From: Planctomycetota bacterium
GTDB taxonomy: Bacteria > Planctomycetota > SZUA-567 > H5-PLA8
DNA length: 60,709 nt
Direction of reading: 5' to 3'
Assembly (NCBI GenBank): GCA_045863855.1
Contig: BTVV01000029.1
Coordinates: forward strand, 1 to 60,709
Part shown: positions 40,133 through 49,498 of the stretch, one piece after another
Layout: every line of letters begins with the position of its first letter
Position numbering within the stretch: position 1 is the first letter of the stretch
Position numbers and translations under genes: made by a program
The notes under the pieces: generated by a model
What the model was told of the DNA's origin: nothing
The model's input: the letters and a program-made list of their open reading frames with translations, nothing else
Database searches by the model: none

Positions 40133-40557
40133 GGTTTGACTCCCAAGGCGCGCGCGGCGTAGCTGGCTTGGCCGGCGTGATACGCAAAGTGGGCGGGTAG
40201 ACGCGCCAGAAGCTCGGTCTGAGCGTCGTCGAGCGCTTCGGGTTGCACGGCCGCGTAGGCGCGCTGGGCGACCTCGATCCCGGCGCGGAGATTGGCGAGG
40301 ACGGTTTCCTTGGCCACGCCGCGTGCCGCGAACTCGGCCGGGCGGTCGCGGACATAACCGTCCTTCAGCAGCCCCGCGCCCAGAAAGTGGCGCAGGTTTC
40401 CGGCCAAATGCAGCGCCAGATTGCCGATGGGATTCGAACCGCCGGGACCGGGCGCCCAGAGTTGCTCCGGCGTCAGCGCTTCGAGAAGCTTGATCAGGCG
40501 ATCGCCTTCGGTCGCGATCTGCGCGCCGAGCTTCTGCAGCAGCAAGGTGCTGGCCAT
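40129..40557 (-). CDS. DinB/DUF1572 family protein
   Basis: NPIGNLALHLAGNL, RDRPAEF, HFAYHAGQ; 4-bp overlap with the peptidase E gene. Confidence 0.85.
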   Translation of the reverse strand: MASTLLLQKLGAQIATEGDRLIKLLEALTPEQLWAPGPGGSNPIGNLALHLAGNLRHFLGAGLLKDGYVRDRPAEFAARGVAKETVLANLRAGIEVAQRAYAAVQPEALDDAQTELLARLPAHFAYHAGQASYAARALGVKP

Positions 40558-40710
40558 GGCACTTTCTCCCGTGGAGCCGATGACGATGGGATAGCCGATG
40601 AGCCCGCGCGCGTAAAGCGAGAGCGCCGCCAGTTGCCGAAATCGCAGCCTGCCTCTAGCCTGATCCGGCTTCGCTGACCTCTATCTGCCGGGTATCCCAG
40701 GCGCGCGATC

Positions 40711-42777
40711 ATGTGGCGTTATGCTCTGACGATTTTCCTGAGCGCGTTCCTGCTCTTCCAGGTTCAGCCGCTGATCGGAAAGTACATCCTGCCGTGGTTC
40801 GGCGGAGGGCCGGCGGTCTGGACGACTTGCATGCTCTTCTTTCAACTTCTGTTGCTGGCCGGATACGCCTACGCGCATTTGCTCTGCGCGCGGCTGACCC
40901 CGCGCCGGCAAGCGCTGCTGCATCTGCTGGTGCTGACCGCGGCGGCCTTCTGGCTGCCGATCGTGCCGTCGGAAACCTGGAAGCCGACGGCGGGCCAGAC
41001 GCCGGAAGGGCAGATCCTGCTGCTGCTGCTGGCGACGCTGGGGCTGCCCTACTTCGCGCTCTCGGCGACCGCGCCGCTGGTGCAGCGCTGGTTCAGCCTC
41101 GCGCATCCTTCGGCGAGTCCGTACCGGCTCTACGCGCTTTCCAACGCCGGGTCGCTGCTGGCGCTGCTGAGTTACCCGCTGGCCGTCGAACCGCACCTGC
41201 GGCTGCGCGATCAGGCTTGGGTCTGGTCGCTGGGCTTCGGTGCATACGCGCTGGGCGCGGCGGCTTGCGCGTGGTCGGTCTACAAGCTCGAATCGGCAAA
41301 AGCCGCCGTAACCGCGGAAACCGAAGCACCACGGCCCAGTTACCGCACGGTGCTGCTGTGGCTGGGGCTCTCGGGGTTTCCGTCGCTGCTGCTGCTGGCG
41401 GTGACGAACCAGATCACGCAGGAAGTCGCGCCGGTGCCGTTCCTGTGGGTGCTGCCGCTGTGTCTGTACCTGTTGACGTTCGTGATCGCGTTCGACCGCC
41501 CGAGCTGGTATCTGCGCGGTCCCAGCGCGGGATTGTTGCTGGCCGCCGTTCTGGGTACTTGCTTCGCGCTTTCCCAAGGCGTGAATCTCTCGCTGCCGTG
41601 GCAAGTCGCGTCGTACAGCGCGCTGCTTTTTTTCGGCGCGTTATGCTGCCACGGCGAACTGGTACGTTCGCGCCCGCCCGCACGGCATTTGACGCTCTTT
41701 TATCTCGCGGTCTCCGCGGGCGGTGCGATGGGCGGAGCGTTCGTGGCGCTGGCCGCGCCGCGCTTGTTTCACTCTTACACCGAATTGTCCATCGGCGTGC
41801 TGGGCTGCGCGATCCTTACGTTTCTGGCCTGCCTGAGCGAATGGCGACCGCCCGGCGCGAAGCGCCCGACGTTGTGGATCGTCTGGGCGCCGCCGCTGCT
41901 GTTCTGCGGGCCGCTGGCGGCCATCCTGGTGCTGAATACGCGTGAGCATGCGTCGGTCGTCGAGTCCACGCGGAATTTCTACGGCGTGCTGAAGGTGCTT
42001 CAGGAGTCCGACGAAAACGGTGCGTACCTTTCGCTGCGCCACGGCCGGATCAATCACGGCATGCAATATCAGGACGAACTGCTGCGCGAGCAGCCGACGA
42101 CGTACTACGTGGAACGCGCCGGCGCGGGCCTGACCTTGAAGCGGCATCCCAAGCGCCAGGCGCTGGGCGGCGGCGACGGATCGTTGCGCTTCGCGGTGAT
42201 CGGCCTGGGCACGGGGACGCTGGCGACGTACGCGCAGCCCGGCGACACGCTGCGCTTTTACGAGATCAATCCCGAAGTGATCCGCCTTGCTCAAGCGCGC
42301 TTCACGTACTGCGCCGATACGAAGGCCGACGTGGAATTCGTGCTGGGCGACGCGCGCGTGATGATGGAACAGGAACTCCTCGAAGGCCGCCCGCAGCGCC
42401 TGGACGCGCTCGCCGTCGATGCCTTCACCAGCGACGCGATCCCCATGCATCTGTTGACGCAGGAGTGCTTCGATCTGTACTGGAAGCACCTCGAGCCCGA
42501 CGGCGTGCTGGCGGTCCACGTCTCGAACCGCTATCTGGATCTGAAGCCGCTTGTTTTCACCATGGCGCATGCGCGCGGCTTCAAATGCGTATATGTCGAT
42601 TACGACCAGATCGACGCGCCGGGCGCGGACGAGTCGAGCTGGATGCTGGTGACGCGCAACCGCGCGTTTCTGGATCTCGAAGAGATCGCGGTGCACGCGA
42701 GCAAGCTGACGGAAGCAAGCAAACCCCTCGTCTGGACCGACGATTACGGCAGCCTGCTGCACGTGCTCAAGAAGTGA
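40711..42777 (+). CDS. Fused membrane domain / spermidine synthase-like SAM methyltransferase
   Basis: About 13 TM segments (LSAFLLFQVQP, LYALSNAGS) followed by IGLGTGTLA, YEINP, GDAR, VDAFTSDAIP, WTDD. Confidence 0.9.
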   Translation: MWRYALTIFLSAFLLFQVQPLIGKYILPWFGGGPAVWTTCMLFFQLLLLAGYAYAHLLCARLTPRRQALLHLLVLTAAAFWLPIVPSETWKPTAGQTPEGQILLLLLATLGLPYFALSATAPLVQRWFSLAHPSASPYRLYALSNAGSLLALLSYPLAVEPHLRLRDQAWVWSLGFGAYALGAAACAWSVYKLESAKAAVTAETEAPRPSYRTVLLWLGLSGFPSLLLLAVTNQITQEVAPVPFLWVLPLCLYLLTFVIAFDRPSWYLRGPSAGLLLAAVLGTCFALSQGVNLSLPWQVASYSALLFFGALCCHGELVRSRPPARHLTLFYLAVSAGGAMGGAFVALAAPRLFHSYTELSIGVLGCAILTFLACLSEWRPPGAKRPTLWIVWAPPLLFCGPLAAILVLNTREHASVVESTRNFYGVLKVLQESDENGAYLSLRHGRINHGMQYQDELLREQPTTYYVERAGAGLTLKRHPKRQALGGGDGSLRFAVIGLGTGTLATYAQPGDTLRFYEINPEVIRLAQARFTYCADTKADVEFVLGDARVMMEQELLEGRPQRLDALAVDAFTSDAIPMHLLTQECFDLYWKHLEPDGVLAVHVSNRYLDLKPLVFTMAHARGFKCVYVDYDQIDAPGADESSWMLVTRNRAFLDLEEIAVHASKLTEASKPLVWTDDYGSLLHVLKK

Positions 42778-42780
42778 CGT

Positions 42781-43899
42781 TCACCAGTTGTTGAAGCCGC
42801 CGTCGGGGCGCTGCATGAGCGGCGCCTGCCAGGGCTTGAACGGATGATCCTTCAGCGCGTCTTCGCGCACGTCGACGCCCAGTCCGGGGACTTCAGGCAC
42901 CGCGTAATGCGGGGCCTTGAACGCGAGTTTGAAATCGAACAGGTCGGGCGCGTGGTCGGGGCCGGGGCCGTATTCGAGCACCATGAAATTCGGGATTGCC
43001 ACGGCCAGATGCACGCACGCGGCGGCGCTGATGGGCCCCAGCGGGTTGTGCGGGATCACGTCGATGTAATGCGTCTCGGCCATTGCGGCGACTTTCTTCG
43101 CTTCGGTCAAGCCGCCGATGTTGCACAGGTCGATGCGCGCATAATCGATCGCGTCGTGCTCGATCAGATTCTGGAACTCCCACTTGCTGCTGCACTCTTC
43201 GCCCGAAGCGATGGGTACCGACGTGCGCGACCGAAACGCGGCGTAATTGGCGGCGCTGGGGCTGCGCAGCGGATCTTCGACGAAGAAGGGCCGGTACGGT
43301 TCGATCAGCTTGCATGCCTGCGCGGCGGCGGGCGGATTGAAGCGCGTATGAAAGTCGATGCAGAGGCGGACATCTTCGCCGAGCAGTTCACGGGCTTGGC
43401 GGAAAAGATCGCCCACGCCGCGGACTTCGGTATCCGGATCGAAGACACCGGACGACTGGTGCGCCGGGCCCACGGCCAGCCGCAGGTAGCGCCAGCCGGC
43501 GGCGACAAGGTCCTTCGCGTTCTTGAGTCCGCAGCCGAGGTAGCACTCGATCCGGTCGCGGCTGCGCCCGCCGAGCAACTGCCAGCACGGGACGTTGAGG
43601 TGTTTGCCGAGGATGTCCCAGAGCGCCAAGTCCACGGCGCTGATCGCGCCGCCCATAACCGTGCCGCCTTCGAAGAACCCGCCGCGAAACATGAGTTGCC
43701 AGAGGTGATCGATGCGCCGCGGGTCCGCCCCAACCAGGAGCGGCGCGAAGGACTCGACGACGCCGGCCATGGCCTGTTCGCGCCCCGTGATGCCGCCCTC
43801 GCCCCAACCGTGCAAGCCGGCATCGGTCTCGACTTTGACGAGCAGCATCGTGCGATGGCCGTAGGTGATGGGGAAGGGTTGGACGGAGGTGATTTTCAT
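42781..43899 (-). CDS. Mandelate racemase/enolase superfamily dehydratase (galactonate dehydratase-like)
   Basis: VKVETDAGLHGWGE, AVDLALWDILGK, IDFH, FVEDP, ASGE, PHNPLGP. Confidence 0.9.
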   Translation of the reverse strand: MKITSVQPFPITYGHRTMLLVKVETDAGLHGWGEGGITGREQAMAGVVESFAPLLVGADPRRIDHLWQLMFRGGFFEGGTVMGGAISAVDLALWDILGKHLNVPCWQLLGGRSRDRIECYLGCGLKNAKDLVAAGWRYLRLAVGPAHQSSGVFDPDTEVRGVGDLFRQARELLGEDVRLCIDFHTRFNPPAAAQACKLIEPYRPFFVEDPLRSPSAANYAAFRSRTSVPIASGEECSSKWEFQNLIEHDAIDYARIDLCNIGGLTEAKKVAAMAETHYIDVIPHNPLGPISAAACVHLAVAIPNFMVLEYGPGPDHAPDLFDFKLAFKAPHYAVPEVPGLGVDVREDALKDHPFKPWQAPLMQRPDGGFNNW

Positions 43900-43923
43900 G
43901 CGTGGGGCTCCAAAACCTTGAAC

Positions 43924-45462
43924 TCAGCCCTTCTTCTCCCGGTCCAGCGAACGGTATTGCAGCGCCTCGCTCACGTGAGCGGCGCCGATCTGCTCCACGG
44001 CCTCCAGGTCCGCGATGGTGCGCGAGACTTTCAGGATGCGGGCGTACGCGCGCGCGCTGAAGCCCAGCGCGTCCACGGCGTTCTTGAGCAGCGCTTTGGC
44101 CTCTTTGTCGGGCTTGCAGATCTCCTGGACCTGTTTCTCGCTCATGGAAGCGTTGCAGTGCGCATCGCTGCCCTTCAGGCGTTCGAGTTGCAGCTTGCGC
44201 GCCGCGACAACCGTCGCGCGGATCTCGGCGCTGGTCGGGCCCGCACGTTCGCTGGAAAGTTCCTCGTACGGCACATGCGGGACTTCGATATGCAGGTCGA
44301 TGCGGTCCAGCACCGGCCCGCTGATGCGCCCGAAATAGCGCTGGATCTGCATCGGGTTGCATGAGCAGGCGCGCTTGGGGTCGCCGTGGTGCCCGCAGGG
44401 GCACGGATTCATGGCGGCGATCAGCATGATGTTCGCCGGGAAGCGCGCGCGACCGGCCACGCGCGAGACGGTGATCACGCGGTCTTCGAGCGGTTGGCGC
44501 AGCGCTTCCAGCGCCTTGCGGTCGAACTCGGGCAGTTCGTCAAGAAAGAGCACGCCGTGATGCGCGAGGCTGATCTCGCCGGGCTGCGGGTCCACGCCGC
44601 CGCCGACAAGCGCCGGATAGCTGAGCGTGTGGTGCGGATCGCGCACGGGCCGGCGGCGCACAAGCGGCTCGTGTGCCTTGAGCTTGCCCGCTACCGACCA
44701 GATCTTCGTCGTCTCCAGCGCTTCGGGCAGCGTCAGCGGCGGGAGCACCGTCGGGACGCGCTTGGCGAGCATCGATTTCCCGCTGCCCGGGGGGCCGATC
44801 ATCAGGATGTTATGCCCGCCGGCGGCGGCGACGGTGAGCGCGCGCTTGGCGCTCTCCTGGCCTTTCACGTCGGCCAGATCGAATCCGAAGTCGAGCGTCT
44901 CCCGGTCGAAGAGCTCCTGGATGTTCACGCGCACGGGCTGCAGTTCGTGGTTTCCGTTCAGGAAGCCGACGGCCTCACCGAGCGTCGCGGGCGCGAAGAC
45001 ATCGATGCCTTCGACGACCGCGGCTTCTTCGGCGTTCTCGGGAGGGCAGAGCACGCCGCGCTTGCCCTGGGCGCGCGCGAGCAATGCATACAGGAGCGCG
45101 CCGCGGACCGGGCGCAACCGGCCGTCGAGCGCCAGTTCGCCCACCATCAGGTAGGGCGTGAGGCGTTCGGGTTCGAGCTGTTCGGCAGCGGCCATGAGCC
45201 CCAGCGCCATGGGCAGGTCGTACAGCGGGCCTTCCTTGCGCATATCGGCGGGCGCGAGGTTGACGGTGACGCGCTTGTTGATCGGCCACGTGAAGCCGGT
45301 ATGCGCGAGCGCCGCGCGGACGCGGTGGAGCGATTCCTTCACCGCCGCATCGGGGAGTCCGACGATGTGTTCGCGCGGCATGCCCGGCGCGACATCGACT
45401 TCGACCTCGACGGGAGCCGCCTCCACGCCTTGCGCGGCGGCGCTGAGCACTTGAGCAAGCAT
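43924..45462 (-). CDS. comM: YifB/ComM Mg-chelatase-like AAA+ ATPase
   Basis: VGLPDAAVKES, NLAPAD, GPPGSGKSMLA, PGEISLAHHGVLFLDE, AMNPCPCG, LDRIDL, SARAYARILKVSRTIADL. Confidence 0.9.
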   Translation of the reverse strand: MLAQVLSAAAQGVEAAPVEVEVDVAPGMPREHIVGLPDAAVKESLHRVRAALAHTGFTWPINKRVTVNLAPADMRKEGPLYDLPMALGLMAAAEQLEPERLTPYLMVGELALDGRLRPVRGALLYALLARAQGKRGVLCPPENAEEAAVVEGIDVFAPATLGEAVGFLNGNHELQPVRVNIQELFDRETLDFGFDLADVKGQESAKRALTVAAAGGHNILMIGPPGSGKSMLAKRVPTVLPPLTLPEALETTKIWSVAGKLKAHEPLVRRRPVRDPHHTLSYPALVGGGVDPQPGEISLAHHGVLFLDELPEFDRKALEALRQPLEDRVITVSRVAGRARFPANIMLIAAMNPCPCGHHGDPKRACSCNPMQIQRYFGRISGPVLDRIDLHIEVPHVPYEELSSERAGPTSAEIRATVVAARKLQLERLKGSDAHCNASMSEKQVQEICKPDKEAKALLKNAVDALGFSARAYARILKVSRTIADLEAVEQIGAAHVSEALQYRSLDREKKG

Positions 45463-45615
45463 GCGGGAAAGCCTAGCGGGGGCGAAAGAGGTTGCAACGA
45501 GCGAGGGCCGGTGCACGCGTGATTCTAATCCCATGCTCCGAATTCGCGTGAACCTGGCGAGGACTTCGCCGTTTGAGGCTGGCGTACTTGGAAACCCAAA
45601 TCAGGAGTTAGGCCC

Positions 45616-47652
45616 ATGTCGACGCCCACGCCTCCCTGCAAAGACTTTTCCGCGCGCTTGCGCCGCATCCTGCCGCCTTGGCTACGCACGGCGCCGTGGT
45701 GGTCGATCTCGATGCTCTTGCATGCCCTGCTGCTGCTGGCGCTTACCTTGGTGGCGGTGCTGGGCCCGCAGCGCATTTTCGATTGGGGCGACGGGGAGGC
45801 CGTGACGATGCGGACTTCATCGGCCAATCCCGTCTCGCCGTATCAGAACGTTCGGGATGTCTTCAAAAATCCTGTACCCGTCGACTCCGTGTCTCTGCCC
45901 TCCGACACGCCCATCGTGATGCACGAAGAAGCGACCCAAACCGCGGATGTAAGCGATTACCTGGAAACGGCGTCTGGAGACTCAATCGTAGCCCTGGGCG
46001 GCGGGCCTCAACCGCCCTTGGGAATCGGCGGCGGAGGCGTTGGTGCATTTGGCTACCGCAGCGGAGGCGGCCAGCGGCGCATGACCATGCGGAGTGGGGG
46101 AGTCCGAGCCGTTGAGGAAATGCCCAAGCGTTACGGCGGGCAACCGTATCGTTACCTTCCGTTCTACTGGAAAAACGGAAGCGCAGTCGGCGCGCTGGGC
46201 GAGGGAACGAGCCCGGAGACGGATGCAACGAAGCCGCCGCACGAAGAAGCGGAAGCGGTCATTGCGGCCGAAGAGTACGGCAAGTACCAGGAGCAAGCGT
46301 TCAAGCGCACGAGCGATCTGGAGACGCTGAGCACCTTCGCGGTCGATGTCGATACGGCCAGCTATTCCAATGCGCGGCGCATGCTCAACGAAGGCCACCT
46401 CCCGCCCGCCGACGCGGTGCGCATCGAGGAGTTCGTCAATTATTTTGGCTACAACTACGCGCAGCCCAAAGGCGAGCGGCCGTTCGCCGTCCACGCCGAA
46501 GTCGCGGACTGCCCTTGGAACGCCAAGCACCGCTTGGCCTTGATCGGTCTGAAGGGGAAGGAACTCGAATGGGAAAAGCGCCCTGCGGCGAACTTGGTCT
46601 TCCTTGTGGACGTCAGCGGCAGCATGTCGTGCGAGAATAGGCTCCCGCTGGTCAAGAAAGCGCTGCGCATGCTGGTGGATAAACTCGACGGCCGCGACCG
46701 TATCGCCATCGCGGTTTACGCCGGCGCGTCGGGCTTGGCCCTCGAAAGCACGCCGGTCTCGGATAAGGAAAAGATCGTCCGGGCCATCGAGAACATGCAG
46801 GCCGGCGGAGGCACCAACGGCGCGGCGGGCATCCAACTGGCCTATCGGACCGCGCACGCGAATCTGCTCTCCGACGGCTTGAACCGCGTGATCCTCTGCA
46901 CCGACGGGGACTTCAACGTGGGCGTCTCGGACAACGACGCGCTGGTGGAACTGGTCCGCCAAGAAGCAAAGCAGAACGTCTTCCTCACCGTTCTGGGATT
47001 CGGGATGGGCAACTATAAGGACGGCCGATTGGAGGCGCTGGCCGACAAGGGCAACGGGAATTACGCCTACATCGACCACGAGCGGGAAGCGCGAAAGGTG
47101 TTGGTCAATCAGGTCTGCGGGACGCTGGTGACGATCGCGAAGGATGTGAAGATCCAAGTGGAATTCAATCCCGCGACGGTGGCCGAGTACCGGCTGATCG
47201 GCTACGAGAACCGTCTGCTGAAGACCGAAGAATTCCGCGATGACAAGAAGGATGCCGGCGAGATCGGCGCGGGGCACTGCGTCACGGCGCTGTACGAGAT
47301 CGTGCCCGCCGAGAGCGATACGCCTTCCCCCGAAGGCGCGGCCGCGATGGCCGACGAACTCTTTACGGTTTATCTGCGCTGGAAGCAGCCCAAGGCCGAT
47401 TGGGCCAGCGAGTTCAACGTGCCGGTGCGGGACGCCGGGGCGCGAGACTGGCGCGCGGCCAGCGAGAACTTCCGCTGGGCGGCGGCAGTGACGATGTTCG
47501 GCCTGGAACTGCGCGCGTCGCAGTACAAAGGCGCTACCGATTGGGCGCTCATTAAGGAAGTAGCCGCCACCGCCGCGTCGGACGATGGACTGGGCTACCG
47601 GCGCGAGTTTCTCAATCTGGTGCAGATCGCTCAAAAGGCAGCAACCCGCTGA
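45616..47652 (+). CDS. YfbK-like VWA-domain membrane-anchored protein
   Basis: STFAVDVDTASY, VRIEEFVNYF, MIDAS DVSGSM, TDGDFNVG, IAKDVKIQVEFNP, DAGEIGAGH; N-terminal TM. Confidence 0.9.
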   Translation: MSTPTPPCKDFSARLRRILPPWLRTAPWWSISMLLHALLLLALTLVAVLGPQRIFDWGDGEAVTMRTSSANPVSPYQNVRDVFKNPVPVDSVSLPSDTPIVMHEEATQTADVSDYLETASGDSIVALGGGPQPPLGIGGGGVGAFGYRSGGGQRRMTMRSGGVRAVEEMPKRYGGQPYRYLPFYWKNGSAVGALGEGTSPETDATKPPHEEAEAVIAAEEYGKYQEQAFKRTSDLETLSTFAVDVDTASYSNARRMLNEGHLPPADAVRIEEFVNYFGYNYAQPKGERPFAVHAEVADCPWNAKHRLALIGLKGKELEWEKRPAANLVFLVDVSGSMSCENRLPLVKKALRMLVDKLDGRDRIAIAVYAGASGLALESTPVSDKEKIVRAIENMQAGGGTNGAAGIQLAYRTAHANLLSDGLNRVILCTDGDFNVGVSDNDALVELVRQEAKQNVFLTVLGFGMGNYKDGRLEALADKGNGNYAYIDHEREARKVLVNQVCGTLVTIAKDVKIQVEFNPATVAEYRLIGYENRLLKTEEFRDDKKDAGEIGAGHCVTALYEIVPAESDTPSPEGAAAMADELFTVYLRWKQPKADWASEFNVPVRDAGARDWRAASENFRWAAAVTMFGLELRASQYKGATDWALIKEVAATAASDDGLGYRREFLNLVQIAQKAATR

Positions 47653-47686
47653 ATGCGCGGTTCCGAAACAACGCCGACTAATTTTT

Positions 47687-47719
47687 CCGGCCCGAGTGCA
47701 CCTCGGGCCGGCTGGTTTT
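47687..47719 (+). terminator. Probable terminator after the VWA gene
   Basis: CCGGCCCGAG-TGCAC-CTCGGGCCGG followed shortly by TTTT. Confidence 0.55.
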
Positions 47720-47882
47720 CATGTGCAGCACTTGGGAACCTGTTGTGCGCATCGGCCTTAGCTTGTTTAGTGGCGTTGGGCTCACATCCGGGCTCTTTTT
47801 CCACACGGCCTTAATCAGGATCACACACGCAACCGGTACAGGGTATGCAATAAGGACAGCAGGGCATCGGGGAGACCGCATC

Positions 47883-48296
47883 GTGAACACGCTTGTTTCG
47901 GAGTTGGTGAAGCGCAAGGGGGTCGAGCGCTGGAGCATCGCGCCGGACGAAACGGTGATCCAGGCTTTGCGCGAGATGGCTTCGCGCGACTGCGGCGCCT
48001 TGGTGGTGGCCGAAGAGAACGACCGCGTAGTGGGCATCTTTTCGGAACGCGACTACGCGCGCAAGATCGTGCTGCTGGGACGCCACAGCGACGAGACGCT
48101 GGTGGGCGAGATCATGACCACTCCGGTCATCTGCGCGGAAGAGCATTGGACGGTGGAAGAAAGCCTGCGCACGATGATGGAGCATCGCATCCGGCATCTT
48201 CCGGTGGTGAAAGATAACATTCTGCTGGGTGTCTTATCGCTGCGCGATGTGGCGGCTGCGGTGCTCGAGCCGGTGGCCGCCGATTCTTCGATTTAG
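47883..48296 (+). CDS. CBS-domain pair protein
   Basis: VGIFSERDYARK, IRHLPVV, GVLSLRDV; GTG start with GGAG upstream. Confidence 0.88.
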   Translation: MNTLVSELVKRKGVERWSIAPDETVIQALREMASRDCGALVVAEENDRVVGIFSERDYARKIVLLGRHSDETLVGEIMTTPVICAEEHWTVEESLRTMMEHRIRHLPVVKDNILLGVLSLRDVAAAVLEPVAADSSI

Positions 48297-48439
48297 ACGT
48301 ACGAAATTCTACGGGTCGCAATTCGCGCGATACCCGGCATTTCCGATAAATCTTAAAGCTCTACGACGCTCCGGCGCCACTAATTCGCAAAGGCTCGCCG
48401 CCGCTCGGCGTCCTTCCGGAAAGGGCCTGGAGACACGCT

Positions 48440-48877
48440 ATGCGTACGGTTTCCGCTATTCTAAGCCGCAAAGGGCCGCAGGTGCTGGCAATCGGACCCG
48501 ATGCGACGGTATTGGAGGCCATCCGAAAGATGGCCGAATACAACGTGGGCGCGCTGGTCGTGACGGCTCAGGAGCGCCTGGTGGGTATCATCTCGGAACG
48601 CGACTATGCCCGAAAAGTCATCCTGCGCGGACGCTCTTCGGCGCATACCACGGTTCGCGAGATCATGACGCAGGAGGTCGTGACGGCGGAGCCGGATTGG
48701 GACATAAAGCGCTGTATGCGCATCATGACCGACCGGCGCTTCCGTCACTTGCCGGTGTTGTCGCAGGGCCGGTTGCTGGGGCTGGTCTCGATGGGCGACG
48801 TAGTCAAGGCGATCATCGACGAACAGACCTTCATCATCCAGCAGCTCGAACAATACATGCAGGTGCAGGTGCACTGA
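48440..48877 (+). CDS. CBS-domain pair protein
   Basis: VGIISERDYARKV, FRHLPV, GLVSMGDVVK. Confidence 0.92.
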   Translation: MRTVSAILSRKGPQVLAIGPDATVLEAIRKMAEYNVGALVVTAQERLVGIISERDYARKVILRGRSSAHTTVREIMTQEVVTAEPDWDIKRCMRIMTDRRFRHLPVLSQGRLLGLVSMGDVVKAIIDEQTFIIQQLEQYMQVQVH

Positions 48878-48900
48878 AGGACTGATCCGGCGATGGGAAC

Positions 48901-48938
48901 GCATGGCCGCGGAGGACGGTAAGCCTCCGCGGCCATGC
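48901..48938. terminator. 15-bp hairpin between convergent genes
   Basis: GCATGGCCGCGGAGG-ACGGTAAG-CCTCCGCGGCCATGC. Confidence 0.65.
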
Positions 48939-48944
48939 GCCGTT

Positions 48945-49412
48945 TCAGGGCTTTGCGGCGCCGTGCTTCTTGGCGATCTCTTCGTCGAGGAACTTGATCA
49001 TCTCGTCGCAGTCATGGCGCGTGAGGCGGCTGCGAATCTGGTTGGGCAGCTCGAAGCGGCGCTGACGGAAGATCTGGAAGTAGAAGCACGCCTGCAGGAT
49101 CGCGGCCGACTCCTTGCGCCGCACCGGGCCTTCGTTGTCGAAGGCCCAGTCAAACAGGATCTCGCGCATGGCGCGGTCTTCGGTCATCGAAGCGTTGTCG
49201 GACATCTTGGTCTTGACGCGCCGGTCGAGTTTTTTTTGCATCTTGGCTTCTTCGGTGCGCGTCGCAAAGGCGTCCAGGTAGCGCCGGCTCGCCGCCTGCA
49301 AATCCTCCATGGGCAGAGTTTCTTCTTCGGCGAGCGCCCAGCCGGGCGCGAGCAAGCTCAGCACAAGCGCCGCGCACCAGGTGTGGCGATTCAATTCCAT
49401 TCGGGTCGGCAT
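48945..49412 (-). CDS. Secreted hypothetical helical protein
   Basis: GGAGG upstream; signal peptide ending ALA-EE. Confidence 0.75.
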   Translation of the reverse strand: MPTRMELNRHTWCAALVLSLLAPGWALAEEETLPMEDLQAASRRYLDAFATRTEEAKMQKKLDRRVKTKMSDNASMTEDRAMREILFDWAFDNEGPVRRKESAAILQACFYFQIFRQRRFELPNQIRSRLTRHDCDEMIKFLDEEIAKKHGAAKP

Positions 49413-49498
49413 GGAGCACCTCCAGGTACTACGGTTGTTACCTTCTTACGAAAGCCTTGAGCCACCGCAAGCGCCGCTTTGACGGATTCACGGAGTGC

